Notes under the pieces: model-generated
Databases searched by the model: none
What the model was told of the DNA's origin: nothing
What the model saw: only the letters and a program-made list of their open reading frames with translations
In this document: positions 7,100 to 15,870 of the stretch, piece by piece
How positions within the stretch are numbered: the stretch's first letter is position 1
Layout of the letters: each line of letters begins with the position of its first letter
NCBI GenBank assembly: GCA_963668315.1
Contig: OY764216.1
Coordinates: forward strand, 3,040,001 to 3,104,000
DNA from: Spirochaetia bacterium
GTDB taxonomy: Bacteria > Spirochaetota > Spirochaetia > DSM-2461
Length of the DNA stretch: 64,000 nt
Reading direction: 5' to 3'
Position numbers and translations under genes: made by a program

Positions 7100-9929
7100 A
7101 TTTTACTTCTTTCTCATCCACATCTTTCTTCAGAACGTCGCTGAAATCTCCTTCAATTCCCACATAGGAACGCATTTCATCCAGATCTTTCGGTCTGGCC
7201 GGATTATCCATCCGTCCGAGAACGGCGTAGATCTGCTGGGGTTCGCTCTTTCCCTTCACCTTGATCTTGTTCATGGGAACCACATCGTAGATGCCTTTCA
7301 CCTGATTATACGTGTCCGTGGATATGAGAATGTCCGTGCCCATAGGTTTGTTCAAAGGTTCGATACGGGAAGCCAGGTTTACCGCGTCGCCGATAACCGT
7401 ATATTCCATTCTGTCCTCCGAGCCTATCTGACCGGATACCACAGGGCCGGAATTGATGCCGCAGCCGATTTTGATAATGGGTTTTTTGTCTCCGCCCCGT
7501 CCTTTGTTGAACCTGATCAGGGCTTCCCTCATGGCAAGGGCGCAGTTGACGCAGTTTTCCGGATCATTCCCATGGGATTTGGGGACGCCCCACAGGCCCA
7601 TGATGGCATCACCGATATACTTGTCCACATGGCCCATGGTGTCGTTGACGCATTTGACCATTTCCGTCATATATTCATTCAGGAACTCCACCACTTCACC
7701 GGGCTCGAGCTTTTCCGAAATGGCTGTGAATGAGCGGATATCGGAGAAGAAAATCGTGGCTTCCTTTGTTTCTCCCCCCAGTTTCAGCTCTCCTTTCGCG
7801 GCCATCTCGGCCACTTCCTTGTTCACAAAGCGGCCGAAGGCGTCCTTCATTCTCTCCCGTTCCTGAAGACCGTGTCCCATGTCGATGAACGCCTGGGTCA
7901 GAACTCCCGTCTCATCCCGGTTGCGTACTTTCAGCTTCAGTTCGTACTGCCCGTTTTCAATCAGTTTCGTGGCTACCATGAGACGGGCGAGGGGGAGGGA
8001 GATCGTCTTGGAAAAGAAGTAGATGATGAGGATCGTCAGAGAAAGTATCATGATCATCAGGTAAAGATTCTGCCTGAGAATATCGTTGATGGGGCCGAAA
8101 ACGGCAGACCTTTTTATTTCGGAGACGAAAAAGAGGTCCCAGTCCTTGATTATGGTGAAAGCTCCCAGCATCTGCTCCCCCGGTTCCGGCTCTGTTTCCT
8201 CAGTACCGATTATCGTCTGCTGATAGCTTATCTGCTGGTTGGAAGTTGAGCCCGACTCTCTCACATAGGAGAGAATGGGATGGTTTTCATAATCCCCGGG
8301 AAGACAGGATGTCACGAGGGTCTTGTCCGGATGTCCGATCATCTCTCCCATACCGTTCAGAACGAAAATGGTCCTGCTGCCTGAGCTGTTGATGATATCG
8401 TTGAGAAGTTCCGCCGTCTGAACAATGATGATCAGGGGTTTCTGCCTGTTATCGCTCTCATCCCAGTAGGTCAGGATTACGCCCGTCACCGGTTCGGTAT
8501 TTCTCGTGTCCGTCAGAAAAAAGGAGGGGTTGAATGTCCTCCGGTAGTTCTGATCCCCCTGCCAGGCCTCTTCTGTCATGGACGCATAATTCTCCTCAAG
8601 AACACTGCTGATATAGTCCTTGCTGAAGTATCCCGGAGAGTTGTAGACCACATCGCTGGAAAGGAGTTCGAAGTAAAGAATATAGGGATAATCGTTTATC
8701 AGGGTATCTTCCAGATTCGCCCTGTTATTGTTGAGAAGGACTCTGAGTGTCTCCCGAAGGCTGTTGAAACTGTTTTTTGTATTGGTGGAGAGCAGGTCGG
8801 CGACGGTCAGGCTGTTCTGCTCTATCTCGCGGGAGAGGGTCTTCTCAAAGAGGGAGAAGGATATTACCGACATGGAGCTCATGGCCAGAACGATCACGGT
8901 GGAAATGATGAGTATAAGTTTGAAGCCGATGGAGAAGCGCACCCCCAGCTTTCGGCTTTTTGGCTTTTTCAGATCAAGTTCTTCGGGCAGTTCCTCGTCC
9001 TTGCTGTTCTGTTCGGTGAGTCTGTCGATTTTCTTAATCAGATCGGGAGGCATAATGGCCACCTCCCGGATTATTTCTTTTATCTCGACCTTCGCAGGGC
9101 CCTGGCTGACCGGCAAAGCCGCCGGTTCTTCCGGACGTCTGGACGGTTTCTTCAGAATCTTCAGAATGCTTCCCCTGATCTTCAGTTTCTCAAGAAGTCT
9201 GCTTCCTTCTTCTTGTCCGGAATAGAGAAAATACAAAGGCTGCCGGACCTGATCGTCCCGGACCGATTCGTAGGGAAGATCCAGGGGGCCCATAAGGGGA
9301 ATCTCACCCTTTGCCGTCAGGGAGGATAGACTGTCTATTGTCTGCAGAAGATCGTCCTGTCTGTTCAGATCAAGGTAGAAGAGTATGCGCCACTCATCAG
9401 GCCTTGCCTTCTCGAGATAATGGCGGGGAATACGCAGGGCGTGGGTGAAATCCTCATCCTTTCCGATGGAAAGGGTTTTGAGATCCCACTGAAGTTCCGT
9501 ATCAATCAGCCGCTTGTGGAAAAGCCTCGTCATGGCGGATATATCAAAATCGATCGACTCTCCGGTGAGAACGGACTCCCTGACATTGACGAAGAGTCCT
9601 TCGGCTTTTTTTTCTTCCAGCACCCGGAAGAGGCGGACGATATGTTCGATAAGGCGGTTGAGAAGGCGGTAATCTTCCGTTGAAATCGGGGAATTCCTCT
9701 CGGCCAGTTCCGAGGTGAAAGTGAGTCCCAGCTGCGCCATGGAGTTCAGGGGGGACAAGCCCATAAAAGTCCCCAGAAAAGAAAGAATGCGGAATTCCTC
9801 TTTCAGCGAAGCGATATCAGGTCTTTTGGCTGTTTTTAATTTTTTGTGTTCCATAAGAAGAGAACGTACATGGTGACCCGCTTCTCTCTTCAGGGATAAA
9901 GGTTGTTTGCTGCTCTTTTCTCTTTCCAC
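7083..9929 (-). CDS. Membrane-bound class III adenylate cyclase (TM-Cache-TM-HAMP-cyclase) with long cytoplasmic N-terminal extension
   Basis: Cyclase motifs FFSDIRSFT, VDKYIGDAIM and EYTVIGDAVNLASRIE; HAMP (PLARL..RDETGVLTQAF); two TM helices flanking a Cache-like region. Confidence 0.9.
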   Translation of the reverse strand: MEREKSSKQPLSLKREAGHHVRSLLMEHKKLKTAKRPDIASLKEEFRILSFLGTFMGLSPLNSMAQLGLTFTSELAERNSPISTEDYRLLNRLIEHIVRLFRVLEEKKAEGLFVNVRESVLTGESIDFDISAMTRLFHKRLIDTELQWDLKTLSIGKDEDFTHALRIPRHYLEKARPDEWRILFYLDLNRQDDLLQTIDSLSSLTAKGEIPLMGPLDLPYESVRDDQVRQPLYFLYSGQEEGSRLLEKLKIRGSILKILKKPSRRPEEPAALPVSQGPAKVEIKEIIREVAIMPPDLIKKIDRLTEQNSKDEELPEELDLKKPKSRKLGVRFSIGFKLILIISTVIVLAMSSMSVISFSLFEKTLSREIEQNSLTVADLLSTNTKNSFNSLRETLRVLLNNNRANLEDTLINDYPYILYFELLSSDVVYNSPGYFSKDYISSVLEENYASMTEEAWQGDQNYRRTFNPSFFLTDTRNTEPVTGVILTYWDESDNRQKPLIIIVQTAELLNDIINSSGSRTIFVLNGMGEMIGHPDKTLVTSCLPGDYENHPILSYVRESGSTSNQQISYQQTIIGTEETEPEPGEQMLGAFTIIKDWDLFFVSEIKRSAVFGPINDILRQNLYLMIMILSLTILIIYFFSKTISLPLARLMVATKLIENGQYELKLKVRNRDETGVLTQAFIDMGHGLQERERMKDAFGRFVNKEVAEMAAKGELKLGGETKEATIFFSDIRSFTAISEKLEPGEVVEFLNEYMTEMVKCVNDTMGHVDKYIGDAIMGLWGVPKSHGNDPENCVNCALAMREALIRFNKGRGGDKKPIIKIGCGINSGPVVSGQIGSEDRMEYTVIGDAVNLASRIEPLNKPMGTDILISTDTYNQVKGIYDVVPMNKIKVKGKSEPQQIYAVLGRMDNPARPKDLDEMRSYVGIEGDFSDVLKKDVDEKEVKYEIMD

Positions 9930-10093
9930 TTTCTTTCCATCGCTCAGGATTTAACTGCAGGAGTCAAAGCCTCTTTTCCTTCTATTATCGGCAAAGATAG
10001 GGTTAAAATCCATCGGCAGAGGGAAAAAAGGGAGGGGATGTTGCCTTTCAAGACGGGATTGAAAAAACTTATCATGGCGGAACCGGCTTTTAC

Positions 10094-10122
10094 TTGCCTA
10101 GAAATCCGACTTAATATATTAT
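10094..10122 (+). promoter_or_regulatory. Putative sigma70 promoter of alaS (leaderless geometry)
   Basis: TTGCCT-17 nt-TATTAT, ending 6 nt before the ATG. Confidence 0.5.
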
Positions 10123-10128
10123 ACAGCC

Positions 10129-11916
10129 ATGAATGCCAAAGAACTTCGAGAGAAATACATAACCTTTTTTACAGAGCGGGGACATAAGGAAATTTCCGGA
10201 AAATCCCTGATTCCCGAAAACGATCCCACCGTGCTGTTTACCACGGCGGGTATGCATCCGCTGGTCCCCTATCTGCTGGGACAGCCTCATCCGGCGGGAA
10301 AGAGGCTTGTCGACTATCAGAAGTGCATCAGGACTCAGGATATAGATGCCGTCGGTGATCCTTCCCATCTCACTTTTTTTGAAATGCTGGGAAACTGGTC
10401 TCTGGGCGACTATTTCAAAAAAGAGTCTATTGCCATGAGTTATGAATTTCTCACATCACCCGATTATCTCGGCGCTGATCGGGAGAAACTTTCCGTAACG
10501 GTATTCGAAGGGGACGACGAAGTGCCCGCCGATGAGGAATCCATCGGTTACTGGAGGGAATGCGGAATCCCCGATGAGCGGATCTACCGCCTGCCCCGGG
10601 AAGATAACTGGTGGGGGCCTGCGGGTACCACCGGTCCCTGCGGTCCCGATTCAGAGATGTTTCTGGATACGGGGCTGGAACCGTGCGGTCCCGACTGTAA
10701 ACCCGGCTGTCACTGCGGGAAATATTTTGAAGTCTGGAATAACGTTTTCATGCAGTACAACAAGCAGGAGGACGGTTCCTATAAGAAGCTCGATGCTCCC
10801 TGCGTCGATACGGGAATGGGATTGGAAAGGACCATTACCATGCTTTTAGGAAAGAAATCGGTTTACGAAACGGAATTTTTCATCCCTATTATAGAAAAAG
10901 TGGAATCCCTGACGGGGAAAAAGTACGGCCAGTCGGAAGATGTGGATATGTCCATACGCATCATATCCGACCATATCAAGGCATCCTGCATGATCCTGGG
11001 AGACGAGAAGGGCGTCAGCCCTTCCAATGTCGGACAGGGTTACGTTCTGCGGAGACTGCTCAGAAGGGCTATCCGCCATGGAAAGAAGCTCGGTATCGAA
11101 GACAATTTCCTGGTGGAGCTCTCGGAAATCGTTCTGGCCATGTACGAGGGTGTCTATAAGGAACTCAGGGAAAATGAAGAGAGGATCAAAGAAGAGCTGG
11201 AGCGTGAGGAAAATCAGTTCCGTACCACTCTGGTCAAGGGAGAGAAGGAGTTTGAAAAACTGCTTCCCAATCTTCTGAAAAATCCTAAAAAGATGGTAAG
11301 CGGAAAAGTGGCTTTCAAGCTTTACGATACCTACGGGTTTCCCGTGGAGCTTACCGAGGACCTGGCCGGTGAAAACGGGATGACCGTCGACAGGGAAGGG
11401 TTCGAGGAGGCTTTCAAAAAGCATCAGGAAGCATCCAAAAAGGGTGCGGACAAAGCCTTTAAAGGCGGACTGGCCGATCATTCCGTCATGACGACAAGGT
11501 ACCATACGGCGACTCACCTTCTGCACGAGGCTTTGAGACTCGTTCTGGGAGAGCATGTGGCTCAGAAGGGTTCCAATCTCAACTCGGAGAGACTTCGGTT
11601 TGACTTCTCCCATCCCGATCCCATGACGCCGGAACAGATTCAGCAGGTAGAAGATATGGTAAATGAGAAAATCCAGGCGGCTTTGCCTGTTACCATGAAA
11701 GTCATGACTCTCGACGAAGCCAGAAATCTGAATGCCAGAGCTCTGTTCTCCGGTAAATATGATGAGCAGGTTAAGGTCTACTTCATGGGTGATTTTTCCG
11801 TTGAAGTATGCGGCGGACCCCATGTGGAAAATACTTCCGAACTGGGCAGCTTTAAAATTCAGAAAGAGCAGTCCTCATCAAGGGGAGTGCGGCGGATCAG
11901 AGCAGTACTGGAATAG
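10129..11916 (+). CDS. alaS: Alanine--tRNA ligase (short form lacking C-Ala domain)
   Basis: DPTVLFTTAGM, HLTFFEMLGNWS, GPCGPDSE and VDTGMGLER; editing motifs HTATH and CGGPH; 595 aa. Confidence 0.97.
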   Translation: MNAKELREKYITFFTERGHKEISGKSLIPENDPTVLFTTAGMHPLVPYLLGQPHPAGKRLVDYQKCIRTQDIDAVGDPSHLTFFEMLGNWSLGDYFKKESIAMSYEFLTSPDYLGADREKLSVTVFEGDDEVPADEESIGYWRECGIPDERIYRLPREDNWWGPAGTTGPCGPDSEMFLDTGLEPCGPDCKPGCHCGKYFEVWNNVFMQYNKQEDGSYKKLDAPCVDTGMGLERTITMLLGKKSVYETEFFIPIIEKVESLTGKKYGQSEDVDMSIRIISDHIKASCMILGDEKGVSPSNVGQGYVLRRLLRRAIRHGKKLGIEDNFLVELSEIVLAMYEGVYKELRENEERIKEELEREENQFRTTLVKGEKEFEKLLPNLLKNPKKMVSGKVAFKLYDTYGFPVELTEDLAGENGMTVDREGFEEAFKKHQEASKKGADKAFKGGLADHSVMTTRYHTATHLLHEALRLVLGEHVAQKGSNLNSERLRFDFSHPDPMTPEQIQQVEDMVNEKIQAALPVTMKVMTLDEARNLNARALFSGKYDEQVKVYFMGDFSVEVCGGPHVENTSELGSFKIQKEQSSSRGVRRIRAVLE

Positions 11917-11930
11917 CTCAAGACCGATAC

Positions 11931-11970
11931 AAAAAAAGCCCGACCTTAAAGAAGGCGGGCTTTATTCTTT
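11931..11970. terminator. Bidirectional intrinsic terminator between alaS and convergent TPR gene
   Basis: AAAAAAAGCCCG-ACCTT-AAAG-AAGG-CGGGCTTT hairpin with A and T flanks. Confidence 0.75.
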
Positions 11971-12000
11971 ATAAGAATCATGAAAAAGAAACTCTGTTTC

Positions 12001-13164
12001 TCAGGCTCCGGCTTTGAGGCGGGAAAGCTCACTGGTCACTTTGCTGTTCTTGATTCCCCCGATATTCAGGTAATTATTCAGAACCTTGATAGCCTGTTCT
12101 TTCTCTCCCATCTCACCGTAACAGCTGGCGCACTCAATACAGAACCGGCAGTTCTTCGGATCCGATGAAATCAGCTTGGTCAAAGACGTAATTGCTTCAT
12201 CGTAATGGCCGCGGTCTCTATTGATCAGAGCCAGGCCCATGACCGCGTAATGATCATATTCTATATTGAGGGCGTAATTATAGTACTGTTCCGCCCTTTC
12301 AAGATCTCCCATGTGGCGGTAGGCATCTCCGGCTCTTGTAAGAATCACCTTGTTTCTCTTGTCGTTGTCCAGAATCTTGTTCCAGTATATCAGGGATTTA
12401 TTCTGCTGATTCATGCCCCGGTAGCAGTCTGCCAGTCCGAAGAGAGCATAAAAATTGTTCGGCTGAATATCCAGGGCCTGCTGGAAGTAGGGGACACCCT
12501 GTTCAAAGGTTTTCATTTTCCTGTGGCAGTTTCCAATGGATGTCAGTACGCGGATATCGACGCGGCTGTTGGAAAGTTCCAGCATCCTCGTCCAGTATTT
12601 CAAGGCTCCTTCGTACTCTTTGAAGTCATAATGGAGATGGCCCAGGCCGATCAGGGCATAGGAGTTGTTTGCTTCCATTTCCAGGACTTTCAGGTAGAGT
12701 TCTTTGCTCCGGTTGAAGTCTCTCACCTTGCGATAAGCATCGGCAATGCGGGTAAGAACCGTAATATTCTTGTCGTCATGATGGAGGTACTCCTCCCAGA
12801 TATCAATGGCTCTGTTGAATTGTTTCAGGGCTTTGTAGCAATCGGCAAGACCGAAGAGGGCATAATTATTCCCCCGGTGATAGGTCAGGCATTTCTGATA
12901 ATGGCCGATGGCCTCATGGTACCGCCTCTCCTTTCTGTAAACGTCACCCAGACCAACAAGAGCGTAATTGTTGCTGGATTCCATTTCCAGAATCGTATTG
13001 AAGCAATCGGCAGCTCTTTCTGTAAGATTTTCCTTTAAGAGCTGGTACCCTTTCTGTGACAGTTCCGTAATCCGGTTGTGATCATCCGGAGACAGACCGT
13101 CCTGGCTTTCTGTTTGGACATCGTTCAGTTCATCAGATTCATTAGTAGTCAGCATCTCACCCAT
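12001..13164 (-). CDS. Tetratricopeptide-repeat protein
   Basis: Many ~34-aa repeats (NNYALVGLGDVY, NNYALFGLADCY, NSYALIGLGHLHY). Confidence 0.9.
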   Translation of the reverse strand: MGEMLTTNESDELNDVQTESQDGLSPDDHNRITELSQKGYQLLKENLTERAADCFNTILEMESSNNYALVGLGDVYRKERRYHEAIGHYQKCLTYHRGNNYALFGLADCYKALKQFNRAIDIWEEYLHHDDKNITVLTRIADAYRKVRDFNRSKELYLKVLEMEANNSYALIGLGHLHYDFKEYEGALKYWTRMLELSNSRVDIRVLTSIGNCHRKMKTFEQGVPYFQQALDIQPNNFYALFGLADCYRGMNQQNKSLIYWNKILDNDKRNKVILTRAGDAYRHMGDLERAEQYYNYALNIEYDHYAVMGLALINRDRGHYDEAITSLTKLISSDPKNCRFCIECASCYGEMGEKEQAIKVLNNYLNIGGIKNSKVTSELSRLKAGA

Positions 13165-13179
13165 CCTTATCTTTACATT

Positions 13180-13497
13180 TTATTTAAGCCATTGCTTTAT
13201 TACTTGAGCCATCCTGATTACCATTTCATCAACTTTGTTCTGGTCCTCCGCCTGCATATACATACGCAATGCTTCCAGGGGCTGACCCTTTTCATAATAA
13301 AAATCGCCCAGCCTGATGATTCCGTCCTTGTATCCCAAGGTCAGAAAAATCTTCCGGGCCATTTCCGTATTACCGCCGTTGAAAAATTCATTGCCCCGCC
13401 TGATAAGCTGGATCCTCTGCTGAGAAGTTAAGTCATCCCGCTTATCGACGGTGGTTTTTAGAAACCCTTCCTTGGGTAATTTCTTTAAAATATCCAT
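13180..13497 (-). CDS. Hypothetical small helical (TPR-like) protein
   Basis: 105 aa with LIRRGNEFFN..ARKIF..RLGDFYY helical-repeat pattern; co-oriented with the TPR gene. Confidence 0.7.
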   Translation of the reverse strand: MDILKKLPKEGFLKTTVDKRDDLTSQQRIQLIRRGNEFFNGGNTEMARKIFLTLGYKDGIIRLGDFYYEKGQPLEALRMYMQAEDQNKVDEMVIRMAQVIKQWLK

Positions 13498-13537
13498 ACT
13501 GTTGATGTATCAGGTTCTCAAAAGAAAGAACACAGTA

Positions 13538-14128
13538 TTATAATAGACCCTTTGTAGACAAATTTCCACTTTTCGGTGAAATTCTTGTAAAAGAGTATTT
13601 AAGGGCCCGTCCGAAGGCTTTGAAAATCGCTTCGGACATGTGGTGGGAGTTTTCTCCATAGGGGCAGTCTATATGGAGATTAATTCTGCTGTTGGACGTA
13701 AAGGCCTGGAAAAATTCCTTTAGAAGGAACATATCGAAGTTACCCGAACGTTCCTGCGGGTAATCCGCCCGGTAAACCAGATAGGGCCTGTTGCAGGCGT
13801 CAATGGTGACATCAGCCAGGGCGTCGTCCATGGGGACTCGGAAATGACCGTAGCGGGCAAGGGGGGAGAATTTCTCAAGATAGGCGTGGAAGGCGGAACC
13901 GAGAACCAGACCGGTATCTTCCACAAGGTGGTGAGGGTCTATGTCGATGTCGCCCGAGGCCTTCAGGTTCATGGAGAATCCCCCGTGAAAAGTCATGGCA
14001 TGGAGCATATGGTCGAAAAAGGGGAGGGAGGTATCAATGGAAATCTCTCCCCGTACGTCCAGATCCAGCGCTACCTCGATATCGGTTTCCTTGGTTTTCC
14101 TTTTTACGGTTATGGTTTCTTCTGACAT
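13538..14128 (-). CDS. hisB: Imidazoleglycerol-phosphate dehydratase
   Basis: RKTKETDI, FFDHML, HHLVED, NSHHMSEAIFKA and STKG motifs. Confidence 0.97.
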   Translation of the reverse strand: MSEETITVKRKTKETDIEVALDLDVRGEISIDTSLPFFDHMLHAMTFHGGFSMNLKASGDIDIDPHHLVEDTGLVLGSAFHAYLEKFSPLARYGHFRVPMDDALADVTIDACNRPYLVYRADYPQERSGNFDMFLLKEFFQAFTSNSRINLHIDCPYGENSHHMSEAIFKAFGRALKYSFTRISPKSGNLSTKGLL

Positions 14129-14132
14129 GGAA

Positions 14133-14759
14133 TCAGCCTCCTATCCTTTCCAGCAAATTCCGGATTTTATCGTAGTTGAGCTTAAAGTAGGCTTTATTGG
14201 ATATCATCCTGACCTTTATCGTCATGAGATCCTGTATGACTTCCAGACCGTTGGCTTTGAGGGTACTGCCCGTTTCCACCAGATCAACGATGTAGGGAGC
14301 AAGTCCCAGGGAGGGGGCCAGTTCAACGCTGCCGTTCAGCTTAATGATGTTGACCGAAATCCCCTTGTTATGGAAATAATCCCGGGTCATGGCTGTATAG
14401 GAGGTGGCTATGGTCAGCTCCTCCGTGTCCTTTTCGGGCCTTCCCTCTTTCAGGGCGGCCATGGAAAGGCGGGTCCCGCCGAAGTCGAAAGTATGGAGTT
14501 TGTAAAAATCCAGTCCCGATTCATAAACCACATCGTCACCGCAGACGCCCAGTCCGGCTATCCCGGAATTGACGTAGGCGGGAAGGTCGCTGTTTTTCAC
14601 CAGGTAAATTTTCAGCAGACCCTCATCATCGTACGAAACGAGTTTACGTTTTTCGAATTTAAAGTTCAGCTCCTTTGAGGAAAAGTGCTCCTGGACCTGT
14701 TCGAACAGGCGCCCCTTGGGAAGAGCTATGGTTAAGGGTTCGTTATTCATATATGACAT
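14133..14759 (-). CDS. hisG: ATP phosphoribosyltransferase, short form
   Basis: IALPKGRL, GSVELAP and IVDLVETGSTLKANGL; 208 aa; adjacent to hisZ. Confidence 0.96.
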   Translation of the reverse strand: MSYMNNEPLTIALPKGRLFEQVQEHFSSKELNFKFEKRKLVSYDDEGLLKIYLVKNSDLPAYVNSGIAGLGVCGDDVVYESGLDFYKLHTFDFGGTRLSMAALKEGRPEKDTEELTIATSYTAMTRDYFHNKGISVNIIKLNGSVELAPSLGLAPYIVDLVETGSTLKANGLEVIQDLMTIKVRMISNKAYFKLNYDKIRNLLERIGG

Positions 14760-14760
14760 C

Positions 14761-15825
14761 CTATCCTAAGATCACCGGTTCACCCCGGTCTCTCCGTTCC
14801 GCCGCTTCCCTATAAAGGTCGGCGAAATCCTTGTTTTTGTTTTCTATGCGCAGGGGAGCCGACGAAGCCGGTCTTTCCAGGAGCTTCTCGATCTTCCTGA
14901 GGAGGAGGGAGAATCCGACGGAGGATACATTCCGTCCGAAACGTCCGAAAAGGTCATCGTATCTGCCGCCCGAAGCCACGGCCCGGTCTGCTCCTTCCAT
15001 GTAGGCCTGGAACACAAAACCCGTATAATAAGGCTGTCCCCCGATTTCCGAAAGATCAATACGGAACCTGTCTGCCTTACCGGTTTTCTCCAGCTGGTCG
15101 ATCAATGACTCAAAGCCCTTGATGGAATCGGCGAGGGGGGAGATGAGGCCGGAATCGAGGTGTTGCAGTTCCCTGCGGAATTCCTCAAACGTTCCTATGA
15201 AGAAGAGAAGATTCACCAGCGCTTTGGGGAGCAGTTCGCACATGCCCCCATAGTCCCGGCTGTCCAGAAGGAATGCGATCTCCTTCTCCTTTCCCGTTAG
15301 CCCCTGCATTTCGAGAATCTTCCTGAAAAAAGCCCGTGAACCTATATGAATGCGGAAAGGGGGAAGGTCCAGCCCTGTCAGCTGGTCATGGAGAAGCATT
15401 ATGATTTCCAGATCACCCTCGAGTTCCTCTTTTCCTATGAGCTCACAGCCGGTCTGAAAGAATTCATTATGGGAAATATCCTCATTGTTCTGATATCTCA
15501 GAATACTGTCGGAATAGAATACGCGCACGGGCAGATGCTTTTCTTCCAGAGTCAGCGCCATCTGCCGTGCCAGAAAAAGAGTGATGTCCGATCTGAGTAT
15601 GAGAAGATCTCCCTCCCGGCTTATCATCCGGTAGCTCTCTTCCTGCCTTTTTTTATCAAGCAGATCGCTGTAGCTGTCATAGAAATCCACCATGGGGGTC
15701 TGCACCGGCAGATAGCCCCATAAATGGTACAGATCTTCAATCTGCCGTAAAATATCTTTATGCCTTACCGCTTCTTCCAGAAAGAAGCTTTCCGTTCCCT
15801 GGGGAACTCGTAACTTTTGACTCAA
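14761..15825 (-). CDS. hisZ: ATP phosphoribosyltransferase regulatory subunit
   Basis: HisRS-like motifs LRSDIT, EFFQTGCELIG, YYTGFVF and SGGRYDDL; directly upstream of short hisG; TTG start with AGGAG RBS. Confidence 0.92.
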   Translation of the reverse strand: MSQKLRVPQGTESFFLEEAVRHKDILRQIEDLYHLWGYLPVQTPMVDFYDSYSDLLDKKRQEESYRMISREGDLLILRSDITLFLARQMALTLEEKHLPVRVFYSDSILRYQNNEDISHNEFFQTGCELIGKEELEGDLEIIMLLHDQLTGLDLPPFRIHIGSRAFFRKILEMQGLTGKEKEIAFLLDSRDYGGMCELLPKALVNLLFFIGTFEEFRRELQHLDSGLISPLADSIKGFESLIDQLEKTGKADRFRIDLSEIGGQPYYTGFVFQAYMEGADRAVASGGRYDDLFGRFGRNVSSVGFSLLLRKIEKLLERPASSAPLRIENKNKDFADLYREAAERRDRGEPVILG

Positions 15826-15870
15826 AATATTCTCCTTGATGGTCCATTTTATAGGGATAGATAGGTAAAA

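Noticed and set aside
9890..9940. Out-of-frame ATG at 9940 giving a 16-aa peptide overlapping the cyclase start
   Set aside because: It arises from a short TGGAAAGA duplication and has no clear SD, so it cannot be distinguished from chance.
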